Shown here: positions 1 to 10,102 of the stretch, one piece after another
Layout of the letters: each line of letters opens with the position of its first letter
Numbering within the stretch: the stretch's first letter is position 1
Assembly (NCBI GenBank): GCA_965261395.1
Contig: OZ253462.1
Span: forward strand, 1,056,001-1,120,000
Source: Candidatus Latescibacterota bacterium
GTDB lineage: Bacteria > Latescibacterota > UBA2968 > UBA8231
DNA: 64,000 nt
Direction: 5' to 3'
Translations under genes and position numbers: made by a program
Notes under the pieces: generated by a model
Database searches by the model: none
What the model saw: only the letters and a program-made list of their open reading frames with translations
Told to the model about the DNA's origin: nothing

Positions 1-858
1 GCGCAGGACGCCTTCAAAACCAATGTCGCGGTAGGCTTCCATGCAGGCGCGCATGTCGGTCTTGCCTTCGTCGTGGAAGGTCTCGACGAATTTTTCAGGC
101 GTGCCGCGCACATCGCGGAAGTGGACGAAGTAGATGCGGTTGCCAAAGTGGCGGATGACCTCGGGCAAATCGTCGGTCATCAGGGTGAAGTTGCCTTGGC
201 ACAGGCAGATGCCATTGGCCGGGCTGGGCACTAGGTCGATGAGCTTCTGATAGTTTTCGACGCTGCGCATGATCCGCCCCATGCCGCGGAGGGGCGACAG
301 CGGCGGATCGTCGGGGTGCATGGCGAGTTTGACCCCGGCTTCCTCGGCGACCGGCACGACCTTTTCGAGGAAGTACTTCAGGTTATCCCAAAGCTGCTCT
401 TCGGTGACGACCCCGGCGTCGGTCTGAGGCGCATTCTTCATTAGCTCGTTGTCAAAGCCGGTGACCATGGCACCACCGCGCCCAGGCGCAGCCATTGAGG
501 TGCGAGTCCAGTTGATCACGGGCATCCACTCGGGGCACCAGACCGGAATGCCGACCTTGCCCATGTTGCGAATAAGCTCGCAGGCGTATTCGATCTCCTC
601 GTCGCGGTCCGAGAGGCCGAGCTTGGCCTTGTTGAGCGGCGGGCGGGCCTCGATGACGTCGAGGGAGAAGCCGCCGTCGTTAAACGCGGTCTTCATCCGC
701 ACGAGGTTGGTGAAGCTCCAGGGCCGTTGGTCGGGGTGGACTGCGGACAGGTCTTGGGGGTTGTTGAACCCCCCGACCACGTGGTCAACGCCGCATTGCT
801 TGACCATCCGCCACAGCGGCGTGGGATGATCGGGCAGGACTTCGGCAATCTTGATCAT
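1..858 (-). CDS. uxuA: Mannonate dehydratase (3' end outside window)
   Basis: Hand translation from ATG at 858: MIKIAEVLP...LWDNLKYFLEKVVPVAEEAGVKLAMHPDDPP...YFVHFRDV...HDEG; HPDDPP is characteristic of UxuA. Not in ORF track because it runs off the edge. Confidence 0.9.
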   Translation of the reverse strand, partial: MIKIAEVLPDHPTPLWRMVKQCGVDHVVGGFNNPQDLSAVHPDQRPWSFTNLVRMKTAFNDGGFSLDVIEARPPLNKAKLGLSDRDEEIEYACELIRNMGKVGIPVWCPEWMPVINWTRTSMAAPGRGGAMVTGFDNELMKNAPQTDAGVVTEEQLWDNLKYFLEKVVPVAEEAGVKLAMHPDDPPLSPLRGMGRIMRSVENYQKLIDLVPSPANGICLCQGNFTLMTDDLPEVIRHFGNRIYFVHFRDVRGTPEKFVETFHDEGKTDMRACMEAYRDIGFEGVLR

Positions 859-941
859 GTCGTTCCTCTTCTTGGTGAGTTGAATGTTGGGACTTAGAAA
901 AAAGAAATATTTGCTGTTAGGCGAGGTGGGGTCAACATAGT

Positions 942-1439
942 TCAGCGAATAAAAGGGTAGACTAGGCCGGTTAGCGCGTCCTCGATGCGGATGCGGTGCG
1001 AGAGCAAGGTCTGTGCGGGCAGGGCATCGGCGGCAAAATAGCCAATGTCCGTGCTTTCGGAGGAGAACCGCAATGCGCCGGCGACGGGGTCGCAGATAAA
1101 GACGTGGGTGACGTAGTGGATGATAGTGCCATTGGGATAGCGCATAAACGGGTAGCTTTCTGGCCCGGAGTAAATCCCAATCAGCCGTTCAACGAGCGCC
1201 TCTAAGCCCGTTTCCTCATAGACTTCGCGCACCACGCACTGCTCGACGGATTCGCCGAGTTCGACTTGGCCGCCGGGCAGGCCCCAAAAGCCGTTGTCCG
1301 TGCGCTGTTGCAGCAGGATTTTGCCGGTCTTGTCGCGGATAAAGCCATTGGCCGCCACGCCGAGTCGGTCGGGCATTTTCTTCAGCGGCGTGCCCGTACT
1401 GTCACACCATTGGGTATAATCGAATTTTTCTGCACTCAT
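942..1439 (-). CDS. Nudix hydrolase
   Basis: Nudix box GGQVELGESVEQCVVREVYEETG; start moved to ATG 1439 just after the upstream stop. Confidence 0.9.
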   Translation of the reverse strand: MSAEKFDYTQWCDSTGTPLKKMPDRLGVAANGFIRDKTGKILLQQRTDNGFWGLPGGQVELGESVEQCVVREVYEETGLEALVERLIGIYSGPESYPFMRYPNGTIIHYVTHVFICDPVAGALRFSSESTDIGYFAADALPAQTLLSHRIRIEDALTGLVYPFIR

Positions 1440-1441
1440 GG

Positions 1442-2383
1442 CTATTGCGAAAGCGGCCCATAGGCGCTGAGCGCCGTGTCGTGGAAAAGCGCCCGGCGCT
1501 CGTCGTCTGAAAAGTCGACGCTCCACTCGAGGAACTTGGCGTAGAGATAGCCGATGCTAATGCCCCGCAGTTTATCGACGGGATAGTTGCTGGCAAACAT
1601 GCAGCGGTTACAGCCAAAGCGTTCGATCAGCTCTTGGACGACCGCGGCGATTTTGGCCTCTTTGGCCGCGTCCTCGTGGAAGGCGTCCCGTGCAAACCAC
1701 GCCATAGACAGCTTCATATAGATATTGGGCAATGCGGCCAGCGCAGTCATGCCTGCGCGCCAGAGGTCCTCGTGCGCTTGGTCCTCGCCGTCGTGGAGGA
1801 AGCCGAGGTGGTTGGCGACGACGCGGAGGCCGGGGAAATCGCGGAAAACCGCGACCGCATCGGCCACTTGATGGGGGTTGCAGGAGAGATCGAAGGCGAG
1901 GTTGTGGCGTTCTAGGAGAGCTAAGCCAGCGCGGAAGCGATCGCTTTGCAACACGCCGTCTTCGACCTGCGGCCAAGTCAGGTCGGGATTGTCGGGATGG
2001 TGATTGAGGATCATGCGCACGCCGCGCAGACGATCCCCTGCTGCCGCTAGGTGTTGTTCAATGGTGCGCTCGGCCGCGGCGATGTCGCGCTCTAGATGCA
2101 CGTACGCGACGATGCCAAAGGACTGTTTGGTTGGTTCGAGCTGGTCGTGTACCCAGCGGGTTTCTTCTAGGGTATCGACGGGGACGCCGCCAGCGACTTG
2201 GCCGACGACGGTTTCGACGTGGACCCCGCTGACCCGCTGCAATTCAGGGGGCAACTCGCTCATGTCTTGGGCGTAGTCGGCGGCTCGGTACGCCGGCATG
2301 ACGGGACCGAGGTTGGGGTTGGCCCGCTCGGCTAGATCCCAGAGGTGGAAGTGGGGGTCGCACAGGGGGATGGGGGTCTGCAT
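1442..2383 (-). CDS. Amidohydrolase family 2 protein (sugar lactonase-like)
   Basis: DPHFHLWD N-terminus, NHLG, YMKLS and MFASNYPVD motifs. Confidence 0.85.
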   Translation of the reverse strand: MQTPIPLCDPHFHLWDLAERANPNLGPVMPAYRAADYAQDMSELPPELQRVSGVHVETVVGQVAGGVPVDTLEETRWVHDQLEPTKQSFGIVAYVHLERDIAAAERTIEQHLAAAGDRLRGVRMILNHHPDNPDLTWPQVEDGVLQSDRFRAGLALLERHNLAFDLSCNPHQVADAVAVFRDFPGLRVVANHLGFLHDGEDQAHEDLWRAGMTALAALPNIYMKLSMAWFARDAFHEDAAKEAKIAAVVQELIERFGCNRCMFASNYPVDKLRGISIGYLYAKFLEWSVDFSDDERRALFHDTALSAYGPLSQ

Positions 2384-2413
2384 GGAGAAAAGCCTTTCGC
2401 TGATGATAAGTGG

Positions 2414-3271
2414 TTAAGCAAACGCCGCCTTCACGGCTTCGGGCAGTGGGCAATGGGCCCCTCGGTGCTGCACTGCGCTGGCACCGGCGGCGCAAGCTAA
2501 GTCCAGCGCCTGTTGCGGATCGGTGCCGAGCAAGGCGCTGGCGGCCAGGACCCCGCTGAAGGCGTCGCCAGCCCCGACCGCATCGACGACGGACACGGGC
2601 ACGGGCCGTGCGGCAAACGAGGCTCCCGGAATGTGGAGCTGAGCGCCGTCGCCGCCAAAGGTAATCGCTAGGCAATCCAGCGCGTAGCGGGCCAGCAAAT
2701 CGGCGGGTGCGACGACCGCGGCGATGTCCCGCACGGCCTCCCATTCCTCGTCGTTGAGCTTGACAATGGTCGCCGCTTCGAGGCCAAAGCGCACGGTCTG
2801 CGGCGTATAGCAGTCCTCGCGCAGGTTGACGTCGAAAAACCGATGTCGGGGGTTGGCTGCAAGTAAGTGTTCTAGCCCCGGACGATTGGCTAGGCTGCGC
2901 TGCGCGGCCGTGCCATAGTAGATCAGGTCGGGGGGCCGGTCTAACACCGGCTTAGTTTCGATGTAGTCCCAAGCCACGCCGGCGCGGATGGTGTAGGAAG
3001 GCTGGCCATCATCGAGCAATACATCGACCGTACCCGTAGGTTCGGGCCGGTCGGCGACCCATTGCTGATCGATGTCGGCGCGCCGGAGAAAGCCCCGCGC
3101 CTGTTGCCCCAGTTCGTCCCGCCCCACGGCGCTGACCATGGCTACGGGAAAGCCGAGCTGGCGCAGGTTCCAAGCGAAGTTCAGGGAGGCGCCCCCCAAG
3201 CAGGTGCGGTCGGGAAAGCAGTCGTAGAGGATCTCGCCGAAGACGATGGAAGTGAAGTTCGCTTTGTCCAT
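2414..3271 (-). CDS. PfkB family carbohydrate kinase (fructokinase-like)
   Basis: FGEILYD, GGASLN, DVNLR and the PfkB signature DAVGAGDAF. Confidence 0.9.
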   Translation of the reverse strand: MDKANFTSIVFGEILYDCFPDRTCLGGASLNFAWNLRQLGFPVAMVSAVGRDELGQQARGFLRRADIDQQWVADRPEPTGTVDVLLDDGQPSYTIRAGVAWDYIETKPVLDRPPDLIYYGTAAQRSLANRPGLEHLLAANPRHRFFDVNLREDCYTPQTVRFGLEAATIVKLNDEEWEAVRDIAAVVAPADLLARYALDCLAITFGGDGAQLHIPGASFAARPVPVSVVDAVGAGDAFSGVLAASALLGTDPQQALDLACAAGASAVQHRGAHCPLPEAVKAAFA

Positions 3272-3278
3272 AATACAT

Positions 3279-4247
3279 TTATAACGGCGGAAATAGCACG
3301 TAGCCCACGGCGCTTCGCTCCAACCAGATTTTGCAGAATTCCTCTAGGTCGTATGCCCGGGCAACCTCGGTGGCCGCGGCCGGGTCGTTGACCAGCACGG
3401 TATCCCCGGCATAACCCCGCACGACCAGCAAGTGCCCGGCCGTTCGCTCAATGGCCGCCCGGCTCAGTTCGCCCCCCTCGTAGCGCACGGAGGCAATAAT
3501 GGGAAAGCCCGCGTCGAGCAGCGTGCGCGCCGCCTCCCAAGAGGGAAAGTGCAATAGATAGCCCAAGAGGCCCCGGCGGGCGGCGGCGTGGATATTGGCC
3601 GGCCACACGCCGTATAGCCCGCTGGGCTGGTGGCGCGCCTCTGAGATCACGTCGTAGATGTCCGCGTTATGACCGTAATACGCGAGGAGCATGGCGACGC
3701 TGGTCGGCGAACAGACGCGGGAAGCCAGCTCGGGCCGCAGAGTCATCTGGCTTTGCGGCGGCACCGCGAGGGCCGTATCTCGGCTGGCGAGGGTCGGAGC
3801 GGGCACGTCACCCTTGCGGCGCACCGAGACCGAGAGCAAGGCCGGGATCTTGGGGGCGATGCCTTGGACGCGCAGGTGTAGGGTGGCCGCTTGCAAAGGA
3901 GTGCGGATGCGCAGGAGGTCGATATTTGCTTCTACCGCCTCGTTTGTCGCGCCCGCTTCGGCCCCGACAAACGAGCCGACTGGATCGAGGACGGCCCGGC
4001 TGCTATGGTCCGTTTTGGTTTCGCATTCCATTGCGAACTGGTAGCCCCACGCGCTGTCGTGGACGACCGAGAGACACGGCAGGATTTCTAGCGCGCCTTC
4101 TAGCGCTGCGGGTGGCAAGTCAAACGAGCGCGCGTCGCCATGCCATGCTAACGGCTTGATCTGCTTTGGCCGGATGGCTGGCGGTACGGCGCGTTGCAGC
4201 GCGGCCTCGTCCAGCCCTTGGGCAAACAATAGAAGTGCGTTGCTCAT
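3279..4247 (-). CDS. Peptidase C39-like family protein
   Basis: QSQ...VCSPTSVAM (Cys), GHLLVVRGY (His), VNDPA (Asp). Confidence 0.8.
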   Translation of the reverse strand: MSNALLLFAQGLDEAALQRAVPPAIRPKQIKPLAWHGDARSFDLPPAALEGALEILPCLSVVHDSAWGYQFAMECETKTDHSSRAVLDPVGSFVGAEAGATNEAVEANIDLLRIRTPLQAATLHLRVQGIAPKIPALLSVSVRRKGDVPAPTLASRDTALAVPPQSQMTLRPELASRVCSPTSVAMLLAYYGHNADIYDVISEARHQPSGLYGVWPANIHAAARRGLLGYLLHFPSWEAARTLLDAGFPIIASVRYEGGELSRAAIERTAGHLLVVRGYAGDTVLVNDPAAATEVARAYDLEEFCKIWLERSAVGYVLFPPL

Positions 4248-4343
4248 TAGATTGAGATTTGCGGTTCGTTGGGGAAGAATACACTCAATCGCTACCTGCG
4301 TCCAGCAAGCAACGCCCGCAGGGTTTGCTGACGTGCGAGTCGC

Positions 4344-5324
4344 CTATCCCCAGAGTCGAGGATGGGGCGGATGGAGGAGGCTGCCTTCGTAGCGCAGTCC
4401 GTGTTCCCGATCTTTTTGCAGGAGCAGGGGACCGTCGAGATCGACGAAGCGGGCTTGTTGCGCCAGCAGTACCGCCGGTGCCATAGCCAGCGAGGTGGCG
4501 ATCATGCAGCCGACCATCAAGTCCAATCCGCACGCGCGCGCCTCGGCTGCCAAGCGCAGGCCCTCGCTGAAGCCGCCGGTCTTGTCGAGCTTGAGGTTGA
4601 CGCATTCATAGCGGGAGGCCAGTTCCGCGAGATCGGCGGCAGTGTGGCAGGATTCGTCGGCGCAGAAGGGGACCGGGTGTTCAAACTCGGCGAGCAGGGC
4701 GTCTTGGGCGGCGGGCAGAGGCTGTTCGATGAGCGCGACGCCCAAGCGAGCTAATGCAGCCGAGAGCGGCTCGACTTGGTCGGCGGACCAGCCTTCGTTG
4801 GCATCGACGATCAGCGTTGAGTCTGGGGCGTTGGCGCGGATTGCGGCGACGCGGTCGAGGTCGTCGCGACCGGCGAGTTTAATCTTGAGCAGAGGGCGGT
4901 CGGCGTGCTGGGCAGCGGCCCGACCCATGGCCTCTGGGTCGTCGAGCGAGAGGGTGTAGGCCGTCACCACCGGGTGCGGTGCCGCTAGGCCGGCTAGTTC
5001 ATAAACGGGGCAACCGCTGAGTTTGGCTTCCAGATCCCACAGGGCGCAGTCCAAGGCATTGCGGGCTGCGCCGGGCGGCAGCGCGCATTGCAATGCCGCC
5101 CGGTCGAGGCCGGCTTCTACCTGTGGGCGCAACGATTCTAGCGCGTCTATGGTCCCGGCCATGCTCTCGTTGTAGCGGGGGTAAGGGACGCATTCGCCGC
5201 GGCCAATACAGTCGTCGCGACTTAGTTCGACGACGACGATGTCGGCGGTGGTTTTGGCACCGCGCGAGATGGTGAAGGTCTGGGCGAGGGGAAAGCTCTC
5301 ACCGCGAATGGAGAATCGGGTCAC
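4344..5324 (-). CDS. dgcA: N-acetyl-D-Glu racemase / L-Ala-D/L-Glu epimerase (enolase superfamily)
   Basis: FTISRG, GECVPY, KIK, DANEGW, EQP, DES, KLDKTGG, GCM, DLDG; GTG start at 5324 overlaps the upstream stop; paired with DUF1611. Confidence 0.85.
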   Translation of the reverse strand: MTRFSIRGESFPLAQTFTISRGAKTTADIVVVELSRDDCIGRGECVPYPRYNESMAGTIDALESLRPQVEAGLDRAALQCALPPGAARNALDCALWDLEAKLSGCPVYELAGLAAPHPVVTAYTLSLDDPEAMGRAAAQHADRPLLKIKLAGRDDLDRVAAIRANAPDSTLIVDANEGWSADQVEPLSAALARLGVALIEQPLPAAQDALLAEFEHPVPFCADESCHTAADLAELASRYECVNLKLDKTGGFSEGLRLAAEARACGLDLMVGCMIATSLAMAPAVLLAQQARFVDLDGPLLLQKDREHGLRYEGSLLHPPHPRLWG

Positions 5325-6328
5325 AGGGCATCGACCAAGCGCGCGGCTCCTTGGCGCAGCGGATCGACTGCGGGCAGGCCGGCTTGGCTTTCTATGGCTC
5401 TGAGCAGCTCGGAGGCGCGATTTTCTGGCAAGTGCGAGGTGTTGACTGCAATGCCAATGGTACAGCAGGCCGGATTGGTGAGCCGGCCGCACAGTTCGTT
5501 GAGGCGAATGCAGTCGAGCAGATCGGGCAACTGGTATTCGGGTAGGCCGCGCATGTGGGGACGATTGGGATCGTGGCAGAGGACGAGCGCGTCGGGTTGG
5601 GCACCGTGCATGAGGCCCAGCGACACGCCGGCATAGGAGGCGTGGAACAGCGAACCTTGGCCTTCGATTAGGTCCCAGTGCTCGGGGTGGTTGGCCGGAG
5701 TCAGGACCTCGACGGCTCCAGCGAGGAAGTCGGAAACCACGGCGTCAACGGAAACGCCCGTCCCGGCAATGAAAATGCCGGTTTGGCCGGTGGCGCGGAA
5801 GGTGCAAGCCATGCCCCGCGCTTGCATATCGCGCTCGATGGCCAGCGCGGTGAACATCTTGCCGACCGAGCAGTCAGTGCCGACGGTGAGCAGGCGTTTG
5901 CCTGGGCGTTTGACGCCCGTTGCAATGGGAAAAGCGCGGTCGGGAAAGCGCGCATCCACGAGGCGCGTGCCCTGTGCGCGGGCGCGGTCGGCCAAGCCGG
6001 GGATGGTGCCAAGGCGCGTGTGCAGGCCACTGGCGAGGTCGTAGCCGAGGTCGATGGCTTGCAAGAGGGTCTCGCGCCAGAGATCGGAGATGGTGCCGCC
6101 GCGATTGACGACGCCGATGATGAGGGTGCGGGCACCAGCGGCGCGGGCTGCGGCGAGGGTTTGGTCGGGCAGCCCGAGGTCGGCGTGGCAGTCGGGCAGG
6201 CGGAGCTGACCAATGCACTGTTCGGGCCGCCAGTGGGCGATGCCAACGGCCGTTTTGGCGGCTAGCTGGTCGGAGGCATCGCCGAGGAACAACAGGTATG
6301 GGTGCGCGAGCTGGATCACGGCCGGCAA
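5321..6328 (-). CDS. dgcN: DUF1611 family D-glutamate N-acetyltransferase
   Basis: AAKTAVG, ASGLH, GTDCSVGKMFT, ATGQTG, IEGQGSLFH, HGAQPD motifs. Confidence 0.88.
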   Translation of the reverse strand: MPAVIQLAHPYLLFLGDASDQLAAKTAVGIAHWRPEQCIGQLRLPDCHADLGLPDQTLAAARAAGARTLIIGVVNRGGTISDLWRETLLQAIDLGYDLASGLHTRLGTIPGLADRARAQGTRLVDARFPDRAFPIATGVKRPGKRLLTVGTDCSVGKMFTALAIERDMQARGMACTFRATGQTGIFIAGTGVSVDAVVSDFLAGAVEVLTPANHPEHWDLIEGQGSLFHASYAGVSLGLMHGAQPDALVLCHDPNRPHMRGLPEYQLPDLLDCIRLNELCGRLTNPACCTIGIAVNTSHLPENRASELLRAIESQAGLPAVDPLRQGAARLVDAL

Positions 6329-6332
6329 AGGC

Positions 6333-7196
6333 TCACGAGGCGACCGGCATGTCGAGCCGGCGACGGCGCTGCTGCCAGCTCCACTTGTCGCTGCCGGAAA
6401 GGAGCGGCTTGAGGGGTTCGGGCGTTTGGGCGATGAATTCAGCGCTCGGCTCTTGGCCGTTCCAAGCTTGGAACATCGGCGGAGTATAGCCGCCGATGAC
6501 GATGGCGCGCTCGCGATCGGAGCGGATCTGGCCGGTGGCGTGGATCAGAGCCTCGCCAAAGAGCAGGGTTGATCCAGCGGGCGCGACCACTTGGTGGATC
6601 AGCGTGGGATCCTCGTACGCCGCAGCGATGATGGACTCGCGGTCGCTTTTGACCTTGTGGCTGCCGGCGATGACCACGGTGCCGCCGTCGTCTGGGCCTA
6701 GCTCCGTGAGGTTGGTCAGGGTTTTGACAAAGGTGCAGTGGTAAAGGCCATTCTCGACGTACGTGCCCACGTCTGGAGTGGTGCCGGTGTGGAAGCCATA
6801 GCGCGGCGCGGCAGCGAGGTTGGTCTCCGGGTCTCGCTCGTTGACGACGGCCTCGGATTCTTCGAGGCGCACGCTGCCGCCAACTAGCTCCTCGGCCATG
6901 CCGACCAAGCGCGGATGAGTTAGGTATTCGAAGATCGCGGGATCGGCTTCGAGGATGTGGGCAAAGTGTAGGTGGTGAGGCCGAAAGGAAGAAAGACGGC
7001 AGTTGCGGACGCGGGCCTTGGCCGGGTCTGAGGCAGACAGGAGATCGCGTTTGAGCCGGAGCATGGCTTCTAGCAGGCGATCCGTCAGGTCTTGCTCGAG
7101 CGCATTTTCAACCACCACATAGCCATAGACTTCGAGGTGATAGCGCTGAGCGGGGGTAAGCGCGGGAAAGGGCCGGATGAATTCGTCGTCGGACAT
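6333..7196 (-). CDS. Phytanoyl-CoA dioxygenase (PhyH) family Fe(II)/2OG enzyme with HxG motif
   Basis: LEVYGYVVV, YLTHPRL, GFHTG, DGGTVVIAGSHK, distal EALIHATG. Confidence 0.85.
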   Translation of the reverse strand: MSDDEFIRPFPALTPAQRYHLEVYGYVVVENALEQDLTDRLLEAMLRLKRDLLSASDPAKARVRNCRLSSFRPHHLHFAHILEADPAIFEYLTHPRLVGMAEELVGGSVRLEESEAVVNERDPETNLAAAPRYGFHTGTTPDVGTYVENGLYHCTFVKTLTNLTELGPDDGGTVVIAGSHKVKSDRESIIAAAYEDPTLIHQVVAPAGSTLLFGEALIHATGQIRSDRERAIVIGGYTPPMFQAWNGQEPSAEFIAQTPEPLKPLLSGSDKWSWQQRRRRLDMPVAS

Positions 7197-7510
7197 GCGC
7201 GGAAATATAAGCGCGGGAAAAGGGAATGCCAACGGGTAAGTAAACGCGCTGTTATTGCAGCCAAAAAAACGACTCGCACCGCCACTCGATTCAATCAGAT
7301 CGCAGCCGGCATCTCGTCGCGTCTGATTGAAAATTTAGCTTTGCGCTGAAGTACGCTTTTTCGCACCTTTAGATGTACATACAATTGCGTGCCTTTTTTT
7401 AAGTCTCCCAGATACAGAGTATTATCAATAACTTACGCATTGGCGTTTCCTACTCTCTTGCGAACTCACGAAGAAATATTACAATTATGATTCGTCCAGA
7501 TCATCGCTTA

Positions 7511-7541
7511 GAGTACTCAATTTAGTACTATATAAGGTACA
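7511..7541. promoter_or_regulatory. Putative TA operator: three GTAC-centred sites at 12-bp spacing
   Basis: GAGTACTC (7511), TAGTACTA (7523), GGTACA (7536); GTAC cores at 7513, 7525 and 7537, directly upstream of the antitoxin RBS. Confidence 0.65.
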
Positions 7542-7552
7542 AGAGAGGAAAT

Positions 7553-7810
7553 ATGATCCAATCCATGCCCATTGCCGAAGCCCGCAAAATACTGAATCAA
7601 TTACCGGATCGCTTCGCCGCTGAACCCGAAGCGAATGCCCTCGCCGTAACGCGCCGTGGCCAGCCGGTACTCGCGCTGATGCCGTGGTCGCTTTACCAGG
7701 GGATTGTCGAAACATTAGAAGTGCTCGGCGACGAGGTCCAGTGTGCCGCGCTGCGCGAAGGCATCCGCCAGATTGAGGCGGGCGAGCGCGCCGTTTGGGA
7801 GGCGCGATGA
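7553..7810 (+). CDS. Phd/YefM family antitoxin
   Basis: MPIAEARK..L..L, AVTRRGQPVLALM, ETLEVLGD; GAGGAA RBS. Confidence 0.85.
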   Translation: MIQSMPIAEARKILNQLPDRFAAEPEANALAVTRRGQPVLALMPWSLYQGIVETLEVLGDEVQCAALREGIRQIEAGERAVWEAR

Positions 7811-8124
7811 CGTTGCACGTCGTCTTGGCGCAGCGCGCCTTAGAGTCGCTGCAAGGTTTGCTCAACCGGCGGATCGCCGAGCAAGTGGACCAATACATCA
7901 CAGGGCTGGCAATTGACCCCGAGGAACAGGGCTGGCCCTTGGTCGGCGAATTAAAGGGCTATCGCTGCCTGCGTCCGCCGAGCGGCTGGTTCCGCATCGT
8001 CTATCGGGTGGTGCTCGGGGAGGTCGAGGTGGTGCTGGTGTCGGTGGGGCAGACCCATTCGGCCGGTGAGCGGGATGTGCGCGCCCTAGCGCGGACGCTG
8101 TTTAGCGAGCGGCTGCTGCGCTAA
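7807..8124 (+). CDS. RelE/ParE family toxin
   Basis: ATGA overlap with antitoxin; GWPLVGELKGYRCLR...FRIVYRV. Confidence 0.78.
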   Translation: MTLHVVLAQRALESLQGLLNRRIAEQVDQYITGLAIDPEEQGWPLVGELKGYRCLRPPSGWFRIVYRVVLGEVEVVLVSVGQTHSAGERDVRALARTLFSERLLR

Positions 8125-8154
8125 GCGAAGGAGCGCAGCAGCAACGATAAAGAT

Positions 8155-8510
8155 TTAGTTGCTGGCTGAGTCCGCGCCGATATAGACGAAGCCCTGTTCT
8201 ACTTTTACAGGATAGATCTTGATGCTGTATTCATCGCCGCCGAGGTTGCGTCCGTCGATCAGCGAGAACGTCTTCTTGTGTTGGGGGCAGGCGACTTTAG
8301 GCGTGCCTTCTTGATCGCCGATCAAGCCGCGGGCGAGGACCATGTCGCGCTTGTGGGGCACATGTTCTGGCAGGCATACCACTCGCGGTGCGAGGCAAAA
8401 TTGAATACTGCGATCTGCTCGTCTCCCAGCTTGACGCAGGCGCCAGCATTGCTGGGAAAATCCTCGACTCGGGCGACTCGCACCCACTGCTCTGTCATTA
8501 CTTCGCTCAT
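8155..8510 (-). pseudogene. nirD: Nitrite reductase small subunit, frameshifted
   Basis: WVRVARVEDFP..GACV..QIAVF..CQNMCP in one frame, then HKRDMVLARGLIGD..VACPQHKKTF in another; one C missing in the run at 8355-8358. Confidence 0.85.
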
Positions 8511-10102
8511 ACTAATGCCTCCCAGTTGACGGACCGCTTTTGCTGCCGCTCGTGTGTCCACTGCAAATTGTCGTCCACATCGTCGCTGTTGACGAAGTGG
8601 CGGAAGCGCTTGCGGCGCTCCGGGTCTTCGACGACCGCCTTCCACTCGCATTGATAGGTTGCCACTAAGTGGGCCATATCCTCCTCTAGCTGCGCGCAGA
8701 TCCCGAGGTGATCGTCGATGATCACTCGGCGCAGATATTCAATGCCGCCTTCCATTTGATTGAACCAAGTGGCAGTGCGGGTCAGCTTGTCGGCGGTGTG
8801 GATGTAATACATGAGGAAGTGGTCGATGTATTTGATGCAGGTCTCCTCGTCGAGGTCCGCGGTGAGCAGGACCCCGTGCTGAGGTTTGGCACCGCCGTTG
8901 CCGCAAACGTAGAGGTTCCAGCCCTTTTCAGTGGCAACTAAGCCGAAGTCCTTGCCTTGGGCCTCGGCGCACTCGCGCACGCAGCCCGAGCAGGCAGCCT
9001 TGATTTTGTGGGGGGCACGGATGCCTCGGTAGCGCTCTTCGATGTGGATGGCGAAGCCGGTAGAGTCCTGCACGGCGTAGCGGCACCAGGTAGTGCCGAC
9101 GCAGCTTTTGACCGTGCGCAGGGCCTTGCCGTAGGCGTGCCCACTCTCGAAGCCCGCCGCAATCAACTCCTCCCAGATGAAGGGTAGCTGATCGACTCGC
9201 GCGCCGAGCAGATCGACGCGCTGGCCGCCGGTGATTTTGCAGTAGAGGTCGTACTTTTGGGCGACTTGGCCGAGGGCAATCAGCTTGGCGGGCGTAATCT
9301 CGCCGCCGGGCACCCGGGGGATAACCGAATACGTGCCACCGCGCTGAATGTTGGCGAGGAAGCGGTCGTTGGTGTCCTGCAACTCCTCCTGTTCGAGGAT
9401 GAGGTCGTTCCAAGTGCTGGCTAAAATGGAGGCAGCGGCGGGTTTGCAGATCTCGCAGCCGTGTCCTTGGCCATAGCGGGCCAGCAAGTCGTCGTAGCGC
9501 TTGATGCGGTTGATTTTGACGATCTGGAATAGCTCCTGCCGCGAATAGGCGAAGTGCTCGCAGAGGTGGGTATTGACTTCTAGGCCTTGAGCCGCTAGCT
9601 CGGCGTTGACGATGTCGGTCACCAAGGGTATGCCGCCGCCGCAGCCCGTGCCGGCTCGCGTCGCGTCCTTGAGCGCGCCGAGTTGGGTATAACCTTCGGC
9701 TACAGCGCGTACGAGCGCGCCCTTGGCGACGTTGTTGCACGAGCAGATCTGCGCGTCGTCGGGCAGGTCGTGCGGGTTGAGGCCGGCCGCCTTGCCGTTG
9801 GCTACACCGAGCAGCAGTTCGTGGGGATCCAACGGCAAGGGGGTTTTGTTTTTGACCATCTGCAAGAAGTGGTTGTATTCCGAGGCGTCGCCGACCAGCA
9901 TGCCGCCAAGCAGATGCTCTCCGCTAACGGTCAGACGTTTGTACGCGCGGGCGACGTCGCTGTGGAAGTAGAGAACCCGGCTGCCGGGCGTTTCGCCGAA
10001 AGCGTCGCCGAAGTTGGCTACATCGACGCCCATGAGCTTGAGCTTGGTCGAGAAGTCGCCCGAGGTAAAGACGGGGTCCTCCGGCCCGCAGAGGCGCTCG
10101 GC
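8507..10102 (-). pseudogene. nirB: NADH nitrite reductase large subunit, 5'-truncated
   Basis: STKLKLMGVDVA, ICSCNNV, LCEHF, GCEICKP, DTNDRFLANIQ, KSCVGTTWC, SGCVRECAE present; N-terminal FAD/NAD domains absent; GTGCGGG where GTGCGGC is expected. Confidence 0.9.
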
